Part shown: positions 44,312 to 54,110 of the stretch, piece after piece | How the letters are laid out: every line of letters starts with the position of its first letter | Position numbering within the stretch: position 1 is the stretch's first letter | From: Lysobacterales bacterium | GTDB lineage: Bacteria; Pseudomonadota; Gammaproteobacteria; Xanthomonadales; SZUA-5 | DNA length: 64,000 nt | NCBI GenBank assembly: GCA_022844165.1 | Contig: JALHMH010000002.1 | Location: 1 to 64,000, forward strand | Direction: 5' to 3' | Translations under genes and position numbers: made by a program | Notes under the pieces: model-generated | Told to the model about the DNA's origin: nothing | What the model saw: the letters and a program-made list of their open reading frames with translations, nothing else | Database searches by the model: none

Positions 44312-44535
44312 TGAATACGCCCGCCACCGAACGGGAGCAGGCGCTGCGTTGGCTGATCGCCAACCGGCGTCCGGACGTCTCCATCGAACAGGCCGTGCGC
44401 TTGATGTGCACGGTGCTGCCCCGCGATCTCACCACGATGCAACTGCTGCGGCGCATCGCGGAGGAGGAAGACGCCAAAGCGCCTTCGCAGCGATTCAGCA
44501 GGCGCATGCATCCTGGTCTGCCGCCTCGCGGATAG
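44311..44535 (+). CDS. Hypothetical protein
   Basis: TGATG coupling to the previous ORF. Confidence 0.55.
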   Translation: MNTPATEREQALRWLIANRRPDVSIEQAVRLMCTVLPRDLTTMQLLRRIAEEEDAKAPSQRFSRRMHPGLPPRG

Positions 44536-45736
44536 CCTCCTTGCCGGTGAAGTCTTCCCAACGCTGCACGATCACGTCGGCGTATTTCGGATCCAACTCC
44601 ATCACACGCGCCACGCGCCCGGACTTCTCCGCGGCGATCAGCGTGGTGCCGGAGCCGCCGAACGGATCGAGCACCACGTCGCCCGGGCGCGAGCTGTTGC
44701 GCAATGCGCGCTCGACCAGCTCGACCGGCTTCATGGTCGGATGCAGATCGTTCTTCTGCGGCTTCTTGATCTGCCAGACATCACTCTGGTCACGGTCGCC
44801 GCACCAATGGCGCTGCGCGCCCTCGGGCCACCCGTACAGGATCGGCTCGTACTGGCGCTGGTAGTCGGCGCGGCCCAGCGTAAAAGTGTGCTTGGCCCAG
44901 ATGATGAAGGTCGACCACTTGCCGCCTGCGGCGCGGAATGCGGCCTGCAGTACGTCGAGTTCGCTTGAGGACATAGCCACGTAGATGCCGCCGCGACAGT
45001 GGGCCAGGATCGGCGTCAGCGCCGCCAGCAGGAAATCGTAGAAGCCGTCACCGAGATTGTCGTTGAGGATCGCGCGGTCCTTCCCGCGCAGCTTGTCCTT
45101 CGCACTGTTGGCGTAGTTCACGTTGTAGGGCGGGTCGGTGAACACCATGTCTACCGCCTCGCCATCAAGCAGCGTGTCGTAGCTCGCGGCCACCGTCGCA
45201 TCGCCACAGAGCAGACGGTGCGGACCCAGTCGCCAGACGTCGCCGGGGCGCGATACCGGCGTCTCGCCGACCTCGGGCACCGCATCCTCATCGGTCTGGC
45301 CCTCGTTGACCGGCTCGTCGCCCGCCATCAACTCGGCCAGCGCATCGGCGTCGAAGCCGGTCAGGTCAAGATCGAAGCCTTCGTCCTGCAGGTCGGCCAA
45401 CTCCACGCGGAGCATGGCTTCGTCCCACTCGGCGTTCTCGGCGATGCGGTTGTCGGCGATGACCAGGGCGCGACGTTGGGTCGCCGTGAGGTGGTCGAGC
45501 ACGACCACCGGCACTGATGCCAGGCCGAGCTTCTGCGCGGCGGCCAGTCGTCCATGGCCGGCGACAATGACCCCATCGCTGCCGGCAAGAATTGGGTTTG
45601 TGAAGCCAAATTCCGCAATGCTCGCGGCGATCTGCGCGACCTGCGCGTCCGAATGGGTGCGCGCGTTGCGGGCATAGGGGATCAGTTTGTCGGTGGGCCA
45701 GGGCGCGATCTTGTCGGCCAGCCACGACACGCTCAC
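44495..45736 (-). CDS. ParB-N fused amino-DNA methyltransferase (DPPY)
   Basis: PYARNARTHS/AGHGR ParB domain; FTDPPY; HPTMKP; LDPFGGSGTT. Confidence 0.92.
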   Translation of the reverse strand: MSVSWLADKIAPWPTDKLIPYARNARTHSDAQVAQIAASIAEFGFTNPILAGSDGVIVAGHGRLAAAQKLGLASVPVVVLDHLTATQRRALVIADNRIAENAEWDEAMLRVELADLQDEGFDLDLTGFDADALAELMAGDEPVNEGQTDEDAVPEVGETPVSRPGDVWRLGPHRLLCGDATVAASYDTLLDGEAVDMVFTDPPYNVNYANSAKDKLRGKDRAILNDNLGDGFYDFLLAALTPILAHCRGGIYVAMSSSELDVLQAAFRAAGGKWSTFIIWAKHTFTLGRADYQRQYEPILYGWPEGAQRHWCGDRDQSDVWQIKKPQKNDLHPTMKPVELVERALRNSSRPGDVVLDPFGGSGTTLIAAEKSGRVARVMELDPKYADVIVQRWEDFTGKEAIREAADQDACAC

Positions 45737-47145
45737 GGTGCCTCCGGCGCGGCGCGCGCGGCGCGCGCAGCGGCGACGCCCGCAAAGGGTTGTCCGGTGG
45801 CCTGAAGGTGCACCGGCTCGTTTGGAAAGTGCTGCTGAAACCGGCGAATGGCCACGTCGACATACTCGGGCGCGATCTCCACGGCGCGCGCCAGGCGTCC
45901 GGTGCGCTGCGCGGCGAGGATCGTCGTGCCGGAGCCGCAGAACGGTTCGAACACGATCTCACCCTCAGCCGTGTAGGCCTCGATGACGAACTGGGGCAGG
46001 GCCACCGGGAACACCGCGGGATGGTCGATGCCTTCGCCGATCTTGCCCTTATGGCGCATGACCCGGATCACCGAGTCGGGAATGCGATGGTCCTGCGTCG
46101 GTTGGCCGGCATGGGTCCAACCACCGACATCGCCGTCCTTGCCGCGCAGGGCGGTCGACGAGCCATCGGCGCGCAGGTGCGTGTCTTGTCCTGCGAACTT
46201 GCAGGGCACGGTCTTGTTCGGTTTGCGGGTGTCGCGATTGAAATGGAAGACGAACTCGAAGCTCGGCGCTAGGCGACCGGCCCAGTCGCCCGGCATACCC
46301 GGACCCTGATCCCAGACGTACCACGCGAAGCGACGCCAGCCCTGTGTGCGCATCCAGCCGAGCCACGCATCCCAGTACGGGATGAACTCGTTGTCTCGAT
46401 GGATCAGGCCGAGGTTCACCAGGACCTGGCCATCGTCGGCCATCGGCAGAGGTACGAACACGCCGCGCATCAGTGCATCCCAATCGGCAATGCCGCCGGA
46501 GGTGTAGTCGCGCTGGTTGCCATAGGGCGGCGAGGTGAAGCACAACTGCGCGCGGTCATCCTGCATCAGCAAGTCGATCACGCTGCGGTCCGCGGCATCG
46601 CCGCAGATCAGGCGGTGCGCGCCGAGCAGCCAGACGTCGCCCGGGCGCGATACCGCGACGGTCGGTGCATCGGGCACCTCGTCGGCGGCATCGTCATCCT
46701 GCGGGGCTTCGTCGCTCTCCTCCGGATCGCCGGCATCGGTGTCGTTGAGCAGGGAATGCAGTTCGGCATCGTCGAAGCCCGTCAACGCCAAATCGAATCC
46801 GGCGTCGGTCAGCTCGGCCAGTTCTACCGTCAACAGTTCCTCGTCCCAACCAGCGTCCAGCGCCAGACGATTGTCGGCAATGACATAGGCGCGCTTCTGC
46901 GCCGGCGACAGGTGCGCTAGCTCGATCACTGGCACGTCGGCCAAGCCCAGCTTGCGCGCGGCCGCCAAACGTCCGTGACCCGCGATGACACCCTGGACCG
47001 CATCCACCAGGATCGGCGTCGTCCAGCCGAACTCGGCGATGCTCGCGGCGATCTTGGCGATCTGCGCATCGCTATGCGTGCGCGGATTGCGGGCGTAGGG
47101 AATCAGCGTCTCGACCTGGCGGTACTCGACGTGGAGCGGGTTCAC
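45733..47145 (-). CDS. ParB-N fused amino-DNA methyltransferase (SPPY, N4-C type)
   Basis: ParB domain; FTSPPY; HPAVFP; EPFCGSGTT; GTG start inferred. Confidence 0.9.
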   Translation of the reverse strand: MNPLHVEYRQVETLIPYARNPRTHSDAQIAKIAASIAEFGWTTPILVDAVQGVIAGHGRLAAARKLGLADVPVIELAHLSPAQKRAYVIADNRLALDAGWDEELLTVELAELTDAGFDLALTGFDDAELHSLLNDTDAGDPEESDEAPQDDDAADEVPDAPTVAVSRPGDVWLLGAHRLICGDAADRSVIDLLMQDDRAQLCFTSPPYGNQRDYTSGGIADWDALMRGVFVPLPMADDGQVLVNLGLIHRDNEFIPYWDAWLGWMRTQGWRRFAWYVWDQGPGMPGDWAGRLAPSFEFVFHFNRDTRKPNKTVPCKFAGQDTHLRADGSSTALRGKDGDVGGWTHAGQPTQDHRIPDSVIRVMRHKGKIGEGIDHPAVFPVALPQFVIEAYTAEGEIVFEPFCGSGTTILAAQRTGRLARAVEIAPEYVDVAIRRFQQHFPNEPVHLQATGQPFAGVAAARAARAAPEAP

Positions 47146-47160
47146 GCGGATGCGGGTCCT

Positions 47161-47198
47161 GAAAACGAAAAACCCGCCGACGAAAGCCGTGGCGGGTG
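47161..47198 (-). terminator. Intrinsic terminator-like hairpin
   Basis: Minus strand ACCCGCC...GGCGGGT followed by TTTTCGTTTT. Confidence 0.7.
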
Positions 47199-47219
47199 GA
47201 GTGGAATCGATGGTGGGGT

Positions 47220-47326
47220 GCGAACCTGCGAACCGCGCGAACCGTGCGAACCTCAGTTCGCAACCAGACGCTAGGGAAGCGTCGCGCTCGTCCCCCCCCG
47301 TATGGAACATCCCACAGGAAGGACCC
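47220..47326 (-). other. Lambda-like cos packaging site
   Basis: Minus strand GGGTCCT, 17 nt, TACG, GGGGGGGACGAG, CGCG, then four GGTTCGC repeats. Confidence 0.75.
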
Positions 47327-47615
47327 CTTTTTCTCCGGCAGCGTGGCGTCAAAGCCACTGTGGCTTCATCGCCACTCCGGTCGTCTCGCCAGAGCCTCGT
47401 CCGAGGGGTTCAGAGCCAGCATGGATCGAAATCTACCATCGCCATCGGCTTTTGTTGCACGCCGAAAAACGGGCCGACTTGGCACTTGTCCGCAGTCGTC
47501 CGCAGCGGTTCGAAGGCATCGGAAACCGCATCCGATCATCCCCAGCAACCCGCAATCGTCCGCTCGAACCCGATCGACTTGGTGTTCGTACTCACCTGTC
47601 GTACGTTCAACCCCA

Positions 47616-47709
47616 GAGTGGCAGATGAGGCGGTTTATGTCGTTAACGCCTCGCGTGTGCGCGTACACGGTATGGAGGGTAACGACATAACCTGCCTCAT
47701 CTGCCACTC
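47616..47709. repeat. Long inverted repeat (30-bp arms, 28/30 complementary)
   Basis: 47616-47645 pairs with 47680-47709; the loop has a further CGTGT...ACACG stem. Confidence 0.9.
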
Positions 47710-48051
47710 GGGTGGGTCCGGTGACCCTGTTCAGGGCGTTTCCGTCGCTTCGCCTTCTCCCGTGCCAGGTTATTGGGCTGGGGGTCGTGGGGGGCACGTT
47801 CGTCAGATCGGGCCAGGACTCCGCGTACTGCTCCGACTCTTGGCAACTGAACGACCCTCACGTTCGATATTCAAGCCAGGTCCACTAGACTGCCTGCCAC
47901 GTGCCGCAAAGATTGCGAAACACAGCGAATCGCAGTTTCAAGGAATGTACGGCAAGGCCGATCTGTCTCAGCACGAGTGAACCATGGACGAAGTCCATAC
48001 GCTGTTCGGGAACGATTCGGATTGAGGCGGGCAGGCACTGGGAGCGGTTGG

Positions 48052-49968
48052 ATGGGGCGAGCATATCGTGATGAATTGACTGAATTGGCGGCGACCCAAG
48101 CGGGGGTGCCAGCGGAAGTGCCGGCACGACTCGCGGCGCTGGCGTCCCAGGCAAGCGATTTCGGACTGGTGGTGGTCGCCTCCGGCGGCGCCAAGGTCGT
48201 TGCCGAGTGGGCCAGTCGGTTGCAGCGCATGACTTTCGGGTGTGCAGCAGTTGCGATGACTCCCCTGGAATACGCCGCCCTTCCAGTGCCGGTGCGCGCG
48301 ACGACATGGCTGATTTCCGCTGGCGGGCGGCATGCAGACATTTTGCAGGCCGCTCGCTCGGCCGCCTCACGCGGCGACGCCTGTGTCGTCGGACTGATTG
48401 GCCAGCCGGAGTCGCCGCTGCAGGCGCTGCTCAAGTCCGAGTTACGAAGCGACGTCGTCGATTTCGGATTGCCGCCCGGGCAGGATGGCTTCTTGGCCAC
48501 CAACAGTGTCTGGGCAATGGCATGTGCGCTCGCGAGAGCCTATTCCCGATGGCTGCCAGTGGCTGGTGCTTTGGACAACGTCCAGTGCGAGCGCCTGTTG
48601 GCTTGGGGTGCGGAAGCGGCGCGGGCCGTCACGACCGTCGAGCTAGTCGGTCGCGAAGTAGTGGTGCTACACGACGCATGGACGAGCTTGGGTGCACAGG
48701 ACCTCGAGGCCCGCTTGACGGAGACGTCTCTGGCGAACCTGTGGATCTCGGATTTCCGCAATTTCGGCCATGGCCGGCACTTCTGGTTTGCCGATCGCAC
48801 CGACCGGACGTTGCTCGTGTCGCTAGGCTCACCCGCTTCGGCAAGCGTCTCGGCGCCCACACTGGACGTGCTTCCCGAAACTCTGTCTACGCTACCTTTA
48901 TGTATGCCCGACGATGGCATTGCCGGCGCGTTGGCCAGTCTTGCGTGGTCGATGCACATCACCGCCCGATGGGCGTCGGAAATCGGGCGTGACCCTGGCA
49001 GGCCCGGTGTTCCCCGCTTTGGCGAACGGCTCTATGAAGGCGGCTTTCCTTACCCGGACACAGTCAAAGTGGACGTTGATCAATACGCGCTCCTGCGCAA
49101 GTCCCCGCAAGCGTCGGTAACTGATGTTGCCGGAAACTGGCGCAAGGCGCTGGGGGACGCGCGTTCGCTCATGCGCGACACGCCGGTTTCCGCCGTGGTC
49201 ATGGACTACGACGGAACGATGGTGGACAGTCCCAAACGCTATCAACCTTTGGACGAATGCCTTGCCGTCGAGTTGCGCCGACTGCTCGACCTCGGCGTGA
49301 TTATTGGCGTGGCGACCGGACGCGGGGATTCGATCCAGAAGGAACTGCGTTCCGCGCTACCCGACGCGCGCCACTGGGCGCGAGTGATCGTCGGCTACCA
49401 CAACGGCGCCAAAGTGATGCGCCTAAATGAACCTGCGCCCGAACTGGATGGGGCTCCCGCCCACCCGGATCTGCGCAGCGCGTGTGACGTGCTCACCCGA
49501 GAAGTGGCAATGCGGAGCTTGGGAACGTTGCGTTGCCGCGAGCACCAACTCACCGTAACGGCGGTTGCCGGCCAGTCGCTCGCGCGCGCATGGAGAGCGA
49601 CGCGCGAGTGCTTGGACCGTAATGGCTTGGACGCCGTGCGTGTCTGGCTGAGTTCCCATTCCGTCGACGTCCTGTCCCCTTGCTGTTCCAAGCTTCATGT
49701 GGTTTCACGCGTCGCACAGGTGGCCGCCTGTTCGCCGCTAGAGGTATTGCGCATCGGCGATCGAGGTGCGTGGCCCGGCAACGATTGGGAACTTCTCGCC
49801 GCGCCACTGGGCGTGTCCGTCGATGAGTGCTCCAGCGACCCGACCGCGAGTTGGAGCCTTTTGCCGCCGACCCTGAAGGGAATGCGGGCCACGACGCACT
49901 TGCTGCGGTGCCTGCAGGTCGACGACCGGGGCCAGGTGCGATTCACTGAGGAGGTCAGCAGCGCATGA
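48052..49968 (+). CDS. SIS sugar-isomerase-like plus HAD hydrolase fusion
   Basis: VASGGA, ISAGGRHADIL, DGFLATNS, NFGHGRH; HAD motifs DYDGT, ATGRG, IGD....GND. Confidence 0.8.
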   Translation: MGRAYRDELTELAATQAGVPAEVPARLAALASQASDFGLVVVASGGAKVVAEWASRLQRMTFGCAAVAMTPLEYAALPVPVRATTWLISAGGRHADILQAARSAASRGDACVVGLIGQPESPLQALLKSELRSDVVDFGLPPGQDGFLATNSVWAMACALARAYSRWLPVAGALDNVQCERLLAWGAEAARAVTTVELVGREVVVLHDAWTSLGAQDLEARLTETSLANLWISDFRNFGHGRHFWFADRTDRTLLVSLGSPASASVSAPTLDVLPETLSTLPLCMPDDGIAGALASLAWSMHITARWASEIGRDPGRPGVPRFGERLYEGGFPYPDTVKVDVDQYALLRKSPQASVTDVAGNWRKALGDARSLMRDTPVSAVVMDYDGTMVDSPKRYQPLDECLAVELRRLLDLGVIIGVATGRGDSIQKELRSALPDARHWARVIVGYHNGAKVMRLNEPAPELDGAPAHPDLRSACDVLTREVAMRSLGTLRCREHQLTVTAVAGQSLARAWRATRECLDRNGLDAVRVWLSSHSVDVLSPCCSKLHVVSRVAQVAACSPLEVLRIGDRGAWPGNDWELLAAPLGVSVDECSSDPTASWSLLPPTLKGMRATTHLLRCLQVDDRGQVRFTEEVSSA

Positions 49969-51074
49969 AGACCAATACGGCGCTGCGCCTGCTCGCTGGC
50001 GTGATGGACTGGACGGACGAAGAGGCACGGGAAGAGTTTCGGTGGATGGACCTAATGGCTCGCCTGAAATACGACGGCTACCGTGAGTTTTTGGCGGGAA
50101 TGCGATTCTTGGAGAGTTTGGTGGCGTGGCTGCAGCAGTTCTCGCAGTCTGACCGCGCGGCGGCGTACGCCTTTGTGCGAAAGCGACTCGTGTTCGTGAG
50201 CCCTGCGGAGCGCCAGCGGCTAGTCGAACTGCTGTACTCAACGGTCGTCTGGCCGGTACTGGTGAAGTCGGCCATGCAGTCGACCTCAGCCAAGTCCTGG
50301 GAAGTGCTCGTCAATGATGCCGCCCGGCAGCACATGCAGCGCGACTTGCGCTCGACCTTGTTTCTTGCGCTGAGCGACGGCGCACGACTGGACGCATTTC
50401 GCCATGCGAATGCCGGTCGGATTTCCAACGAGCAGGTCGTGGTGACAGTTGAGCCCTCCGACGACAAATGCAACGATCTGCTCGAGGAGTTGCGAAAGGA
50501 CGTGAGCGACCCGGTCGCGGTGTTTCGTCGGATCGTGTTAGTGGATGATTTCACCGCCTCGGGCACGTCGTTGGTGCGCAGTGAATCCGGCAAGTGGAAG
50601 GGCAAGTTGCCGAAATTTTTGCGCGCCATCAACCGCGTCAAGTTGGCGAGTGGACCTTTCGAACTGCTGGTTCACCACCTCATCGGAACGCCGAAGGCGC
50701 GAGATCACCTTGCCGCGGCGATCGACGGCTGCCGCGCGTCCGAGCCGAACTTATGGGCCAAGGTTGAAAACGCCGTTGTCCCTTCGTTCGGCCTGTTGTA
50801 CCCGGAAACCCTGCCACTCGACGCGACCACCGATTCGGACTTTGTTGCGCTCACCCAAGCCTATTACGACGCGGGTATCGAGACTAGCCATACGCTCAAA
50901 GGTGGCGTGAAGCACCTCGGGCTGGGGTATGCCGGCTGCGCGTTGCCCCTGGTGCTGGACCACAATACCCCCAATAACAGCGTCGCCCTACTTTGGGCGG
51001 AGACTGAAGTTGGCAAGTACGTCGGCCCGCGCCAAGTTCGTCCGCTCTTCCGTCGCCGACAGCGGCACTCCTAG
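49965..51074 (+). CDS. Phosphoribosyltransferase-like protein
   Basis: PRPP-loop-like IVLVDDFTASGTS; C-terminal LG...LVLDHNTPNNS...PLFRR. Confidence 0.75.
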   Translation: MKTNTALRLLAGVMDWTDEEAREEFRWMDLMARLKYDGYREFLAGMRFLESLVAWLQQFSQSDRAAAYAFVRKRLVFVSPAERQRLVELLYSTVVWPVLVKSAMQSTSAKSWEVLVNDAARQHMQRDLRSTLFLALSDGARLDAFRHANAGRISNEQVVVTVEPSDDKCNDLLEELRKDVSDPVAVFRRIVLVDDFTASGTSLVRSESGKWKGKLPKFLRAINRVKLASGPFELLVHHLIGTPKARDHLAAAIDGCRASEPNLWAKVENAVVPSFGLLYPETLPLDATTDSDFVALTQAYYDAGIETSHTLKGGVKHLGLGYAGCALPLVLDHNTPNNSVALLWAETEVGKYVGPRQVRPLFRRRQRHS

Positions 51075-51081
51075 GAACAAG

Positions 51082-53019
51082 ATGGCCAGCCCGTTCGACA
51101 AACGCGCAGTAGAGAAGGTCCGCTACGACCACGCCTTGCTACCCTACGTGGCCCCGGCGCCATTTGACATGCACCTGCGTCCGCATGCTGAGAGCGACGC
51201 GTTGTTTGATCGCCTGGTGATCGTAAGTGGCACGCCAGGGAGCGGTAAGACCACGTTGGCACATCTGTTCCGGCTGCCGACGCTTCGAACGCTTCAGGAT
51301 ATGGCTGAGACGTCGCCGCAGCTGGGCGATCTCCGTGACGCGCTGGCAAATTGCAAGGCATACGAAGGCAAGGTCCCGCGCGTTGCCGGGTCTCGCCTGT
51401 CGATGGAGGCAGTGTATCGCGACTGCTGGGAATGTCCGTACGATCCACCGATTCGTCACCGCCTGTTGCGATCGTTGATCAACGCTCGCGCGATGCTCAT
51501 TTGGATGCAGGGTTTCACCGACGCCAAGATTCCGCTGGAATCGGTCCATCTAGTGGGCCGCCGTGGCACGCCCGGCGAACTCGATAGCATCGGGGGTGAA
51601 ACGGCACGCGAGGCCAGGGATAGGGCCATCGCGGTCGAGCGCGCCGTCATCCGGGTGTGTGGCGCCCTGCTGCCTCCATCGATGGACCAGTTTCCGCCCG
51701 AGCTCAACGATGCATATGCCCCGATCGACCTGCTGGACCGCTTTACGGTGCCGCTCGAAGATCGGGACTGCGAGATCCTGCCGCTGCTGGTGCTCGATGA
51801 CTTACAGCATCTGCACGTGGAGCAGCAGAAGTATTTGATGCGCTGGCTAGCGGGGCGCGAGGTGCGCATTGCCCGCTGGATGCTTACGCGATTCGACTCC
51901 TTCGGTCCGGAGCAGATTTTGTACGGCAAGCCCATGGCACAGGGGCTAGCGGATGCGACAGAACCCGGCGTGCAGTTGGGGCGCGATGTCCTCGAAATCA
52001 GGCTCCAGAGCGAACGCGGCAAGTCGCGCACAGACTTTCGAAGGGTCGCACAGCAGTTGTGCAAGCGTTACCTGGCGCAAATCCCCGTCATGCAGACTCG
52101 TGGTGCGACGGATATTCGGCAAATGCTCGAGGAGCGTCTTGAAAACATCACCAAGGCACAGCTGAAGGCCGCCGACGCTGCGATGGAGCAGGTGATCAAG
52201 ACCGCCCACTTGCCGGCAGTCCGGGTCAGGGACATCAGACAACACGTCAGCATTTACCTGGAGGACCGGGCCGTGCGGGGCGTTGAGGCCGAGGCGGTGG
52301 GGCGAGCGATGACGGCCATCCTGGTTAGTCGGCAAGGTAAGAAGGTGCGCCAAAGTTCCATTTTCGATGGTGAGGTCGACGCGGAGATCGAGGACCACAT
52401 CGTGCGCCCAACGTCCAGTGTCGAGCACGGAGCCCGCGTTCACCTGTGGCATAAAGCCGAGATCCCCTACTTGTACGGCTTCGAAAACCTCGCCGACCTG
52501 GCCAACGAGAATACCGAGCGTTTTTTGGATTTTGCCGGACAACTGGTCAACCTGCTCCTCACGCGGGTGATCCGATCAGCCGAAGCCCGGCTGGCTCCAA
52601 TGCAGCAGTTCAACGCCTTGCGCACGCATTCGCAGGCGATGATCGCTGGCTGGAATTTTCCTGAGTCCAGCCTGGTCCGCCAACTGGCAAGCGGAATCGC
52701 CGAGGAGTGCGTGGAAAAGTCGCTCGAGCCCAACGCTAGCTTGGGCGGAGGCGCTAGCGCCTTCGGGATCCCAATGACAGAGTTCATCCGCATTGCGCAA
52801 GACCAGCCGGACCTGGCGCGCATATTGCAGTTCGGTGTCGCGTACAACGTGTTCGCGCTGACGCCGGACCAACGGGCGAAGAACAAGGACTGGTGTCTGA
52901 TCGAACTGTCGGGTCCGGTCCTTCTTTCGCACGGGCTGACCCTCCAGCGAGGAGGCTTTCTCGAGCGCCGCGTGGCGGACATGGAGCGAATCGTGAAGCG
53001 CGAGGAGGGCCGGGCATGA
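51082..53019 (+). CDS. P-loop ATPase (STAND/ORC-CDC6-like, tentative)
   Basis: Walker A GTPGSGKTT, Walker B LLVLDD, long helical C-terminus. Confidence 0.8.
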   Translation: MASPFDKRAVEKVRYDHALLPYVAPAPFDMHLRPHAESDALFDRLVIVSGTPGSGKTTLAHLFRLPTLRTLQDMAETSPQLGDLRDALANCKAYEGKVPRVAGSRLSMEAVYRDCWECPYDPPIRHRLLRSLINARAMLIWMQGFTDAKIPLESVHLVGRRGTPGELDSIGGETAREARDRAIAVERAVIRVCGALLPPSMDQFPPELNDAYAPIDLLDRFTVPLEDRDCEILPLLVLDDLQHLHVEQQKYLMRWLAGREVRIARWMLTRFDSFGPEQILYGKPMAQGLADATEPGVQLGRDVLEIRLQSERGKSRTDFRRVAQQLCKRYLAQIPVMQTRGATDIRQMLEERLENITKAQLKAADAAMEQVIKTAHLPAVRVRDIRQHVSIYLEDRAVRGVEAEAVGRAMTAILVSRQGKKVRQSSIFDGEVDAEIEDHIVRPTSSVEHGARVHLWHKAEIPYLYGFENLADLANENTERFLDFAGQLVNLLLTRVIRSAEARLAPMQQFNALRTHSQAMIAGWNFPESSLVRQLASGIAEECVEKSLEPNASLGGGASAFGIPMTEFIRIAQDQPDLARILQFGVAYNVFALTPDQRAKNKDWCLIELSGPVLLSHGLTLQRGGFLERRVADMERIVKREEGRA

Positions 53020-54089
53020 GTCCACGCTGGGATCCGTGCATCTCGCACCGAGACGATGCAGCCCGGCAGTTCATCGCTGACTACTTCAGTCAGATCGATC
53101 GCGACGTGCTGCTTGTGTGCGGTGCCGGCTTCGATCCGCGGGCCACCACGAACGCGACACTCTTGCAAATGGCGGCCCCAGGGCGCCTGCGGGCGCACCT
53201 CATCCGAGAACACCGCCCGCGGCCGGATGTGCCGTTGTTGCGCAACGCCGATACCAATCAGGCCGCGCTCCAAGCGCTGATGCCTCGCAGCCAGGTCCAT
53301 CGGGTCGACATCTTCTCTGAAGACGAGAAGACGGTAGTGGCGGGAAAGCGCGTCGTTGACATGTTTCACCGGCTGCCTCTGGCCGGCGCAACCGATATCG
53401 TGGTCGATGTGAGCGCACTTTCGACGGGTGTCAGTTTCCCGCTGATCCGGTACCTGGTGGGCCGGGCCGATACGACGGCGGGGTTTCCCAATGTGCATGT
53501 CTTGGCGCTCACCAGTCCGACGACTGACGATGCGGTACGCACCGAGCTCATGGACCAGCATCAGATGGTTCCGGGCTTCGGTGAAGAGCTGATGACCACC
53601 GCGGGAGCGAATAGGCCCAAATTGTGGCTGCCGCAATTGGGCAAACGAGCGACTTCGGCATTGGACGTCATTCAAAATCGCATGCGCTTCGACGAGATTT
53701 GCCCGATCTTGCCGTTCCCAGCGCGCAGTCCCCGAGCCGTGGAAGAGTTGGTCGAAGCCTATCGCGTCCAAATCTCCGAGACCTGGTTGGTCGACGATCG
53801 CGACCTTCTATATGCGGCGGAGGATGATCCGCTTGACCTGTACCGCACAATTCTGCGGATTGACACGCTGCGCGGTGCGGCGTTCCGGATCGAAGGCGGC
53901 TCGATGACAGTCCTGTCGCCGCTGGGGACCAAGGCGATGGCCTTGGGTGCGCTGCTGGCGGCGCTGGAACGCGACTTACCTATCGTTTATGTCGAGGCTC
54001 AGCGGTATAAGATGGCGCATCTGCCCGGGGTCCAGGCGTACGGCCTGATTCACCTCTGGCTCACCGGTCAGGCGTACCCTGCCCCATAG
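53016..54089 (+). CDS. Hypothetical alpha/beta protein
   Basis: ATGA overlap; GAGFDPR, IVVDVSAL, LSPLGTK motifs. Confidence 0.8.
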   Translation: MSPRWDPCISHRDDAARQFIADYFSQIDRDVLLVCGAGFDPRATTNATLLQMAAPGRLRAHLIREHRPRPDVPLLRNADTNQAALQALMPRSQVHRVDIFSEDEKTVVAGKRVVDMFHRLPLAGATDIVVDVSALSTGVSFPLIRYLVGRADTTAGFPNVHVLALTSPTTDDAVRTELMDQHQMVPGFGEELMTTAGANRPKLWLPQLGKRATSALDVIQNRMRFDEICPILPFPARSPRAVEELVEAYRVQISETWLVDDRDLLYAAEDDPLDLYRTILRIDTLRGAAFRIEGGSMTVLSPLGTKAMALGALLAALERDLPIVYVEAQRYKMAHLPGVQAYGLIHLWLTGQAYPAP

Positions 54090-54110
54090 CCTTCGCAACG
54101 GACTTGCCGC

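Noticed and set aside
47616-47709. Retron msr/msd
   Set aside because: No reverse transcriptase motif seen in any ORF of the window
47150-47980. 276-aa plus-strand ORF
   Set aside because: Overlaps the terminator, cos and hairpin; no motifs or convincing start
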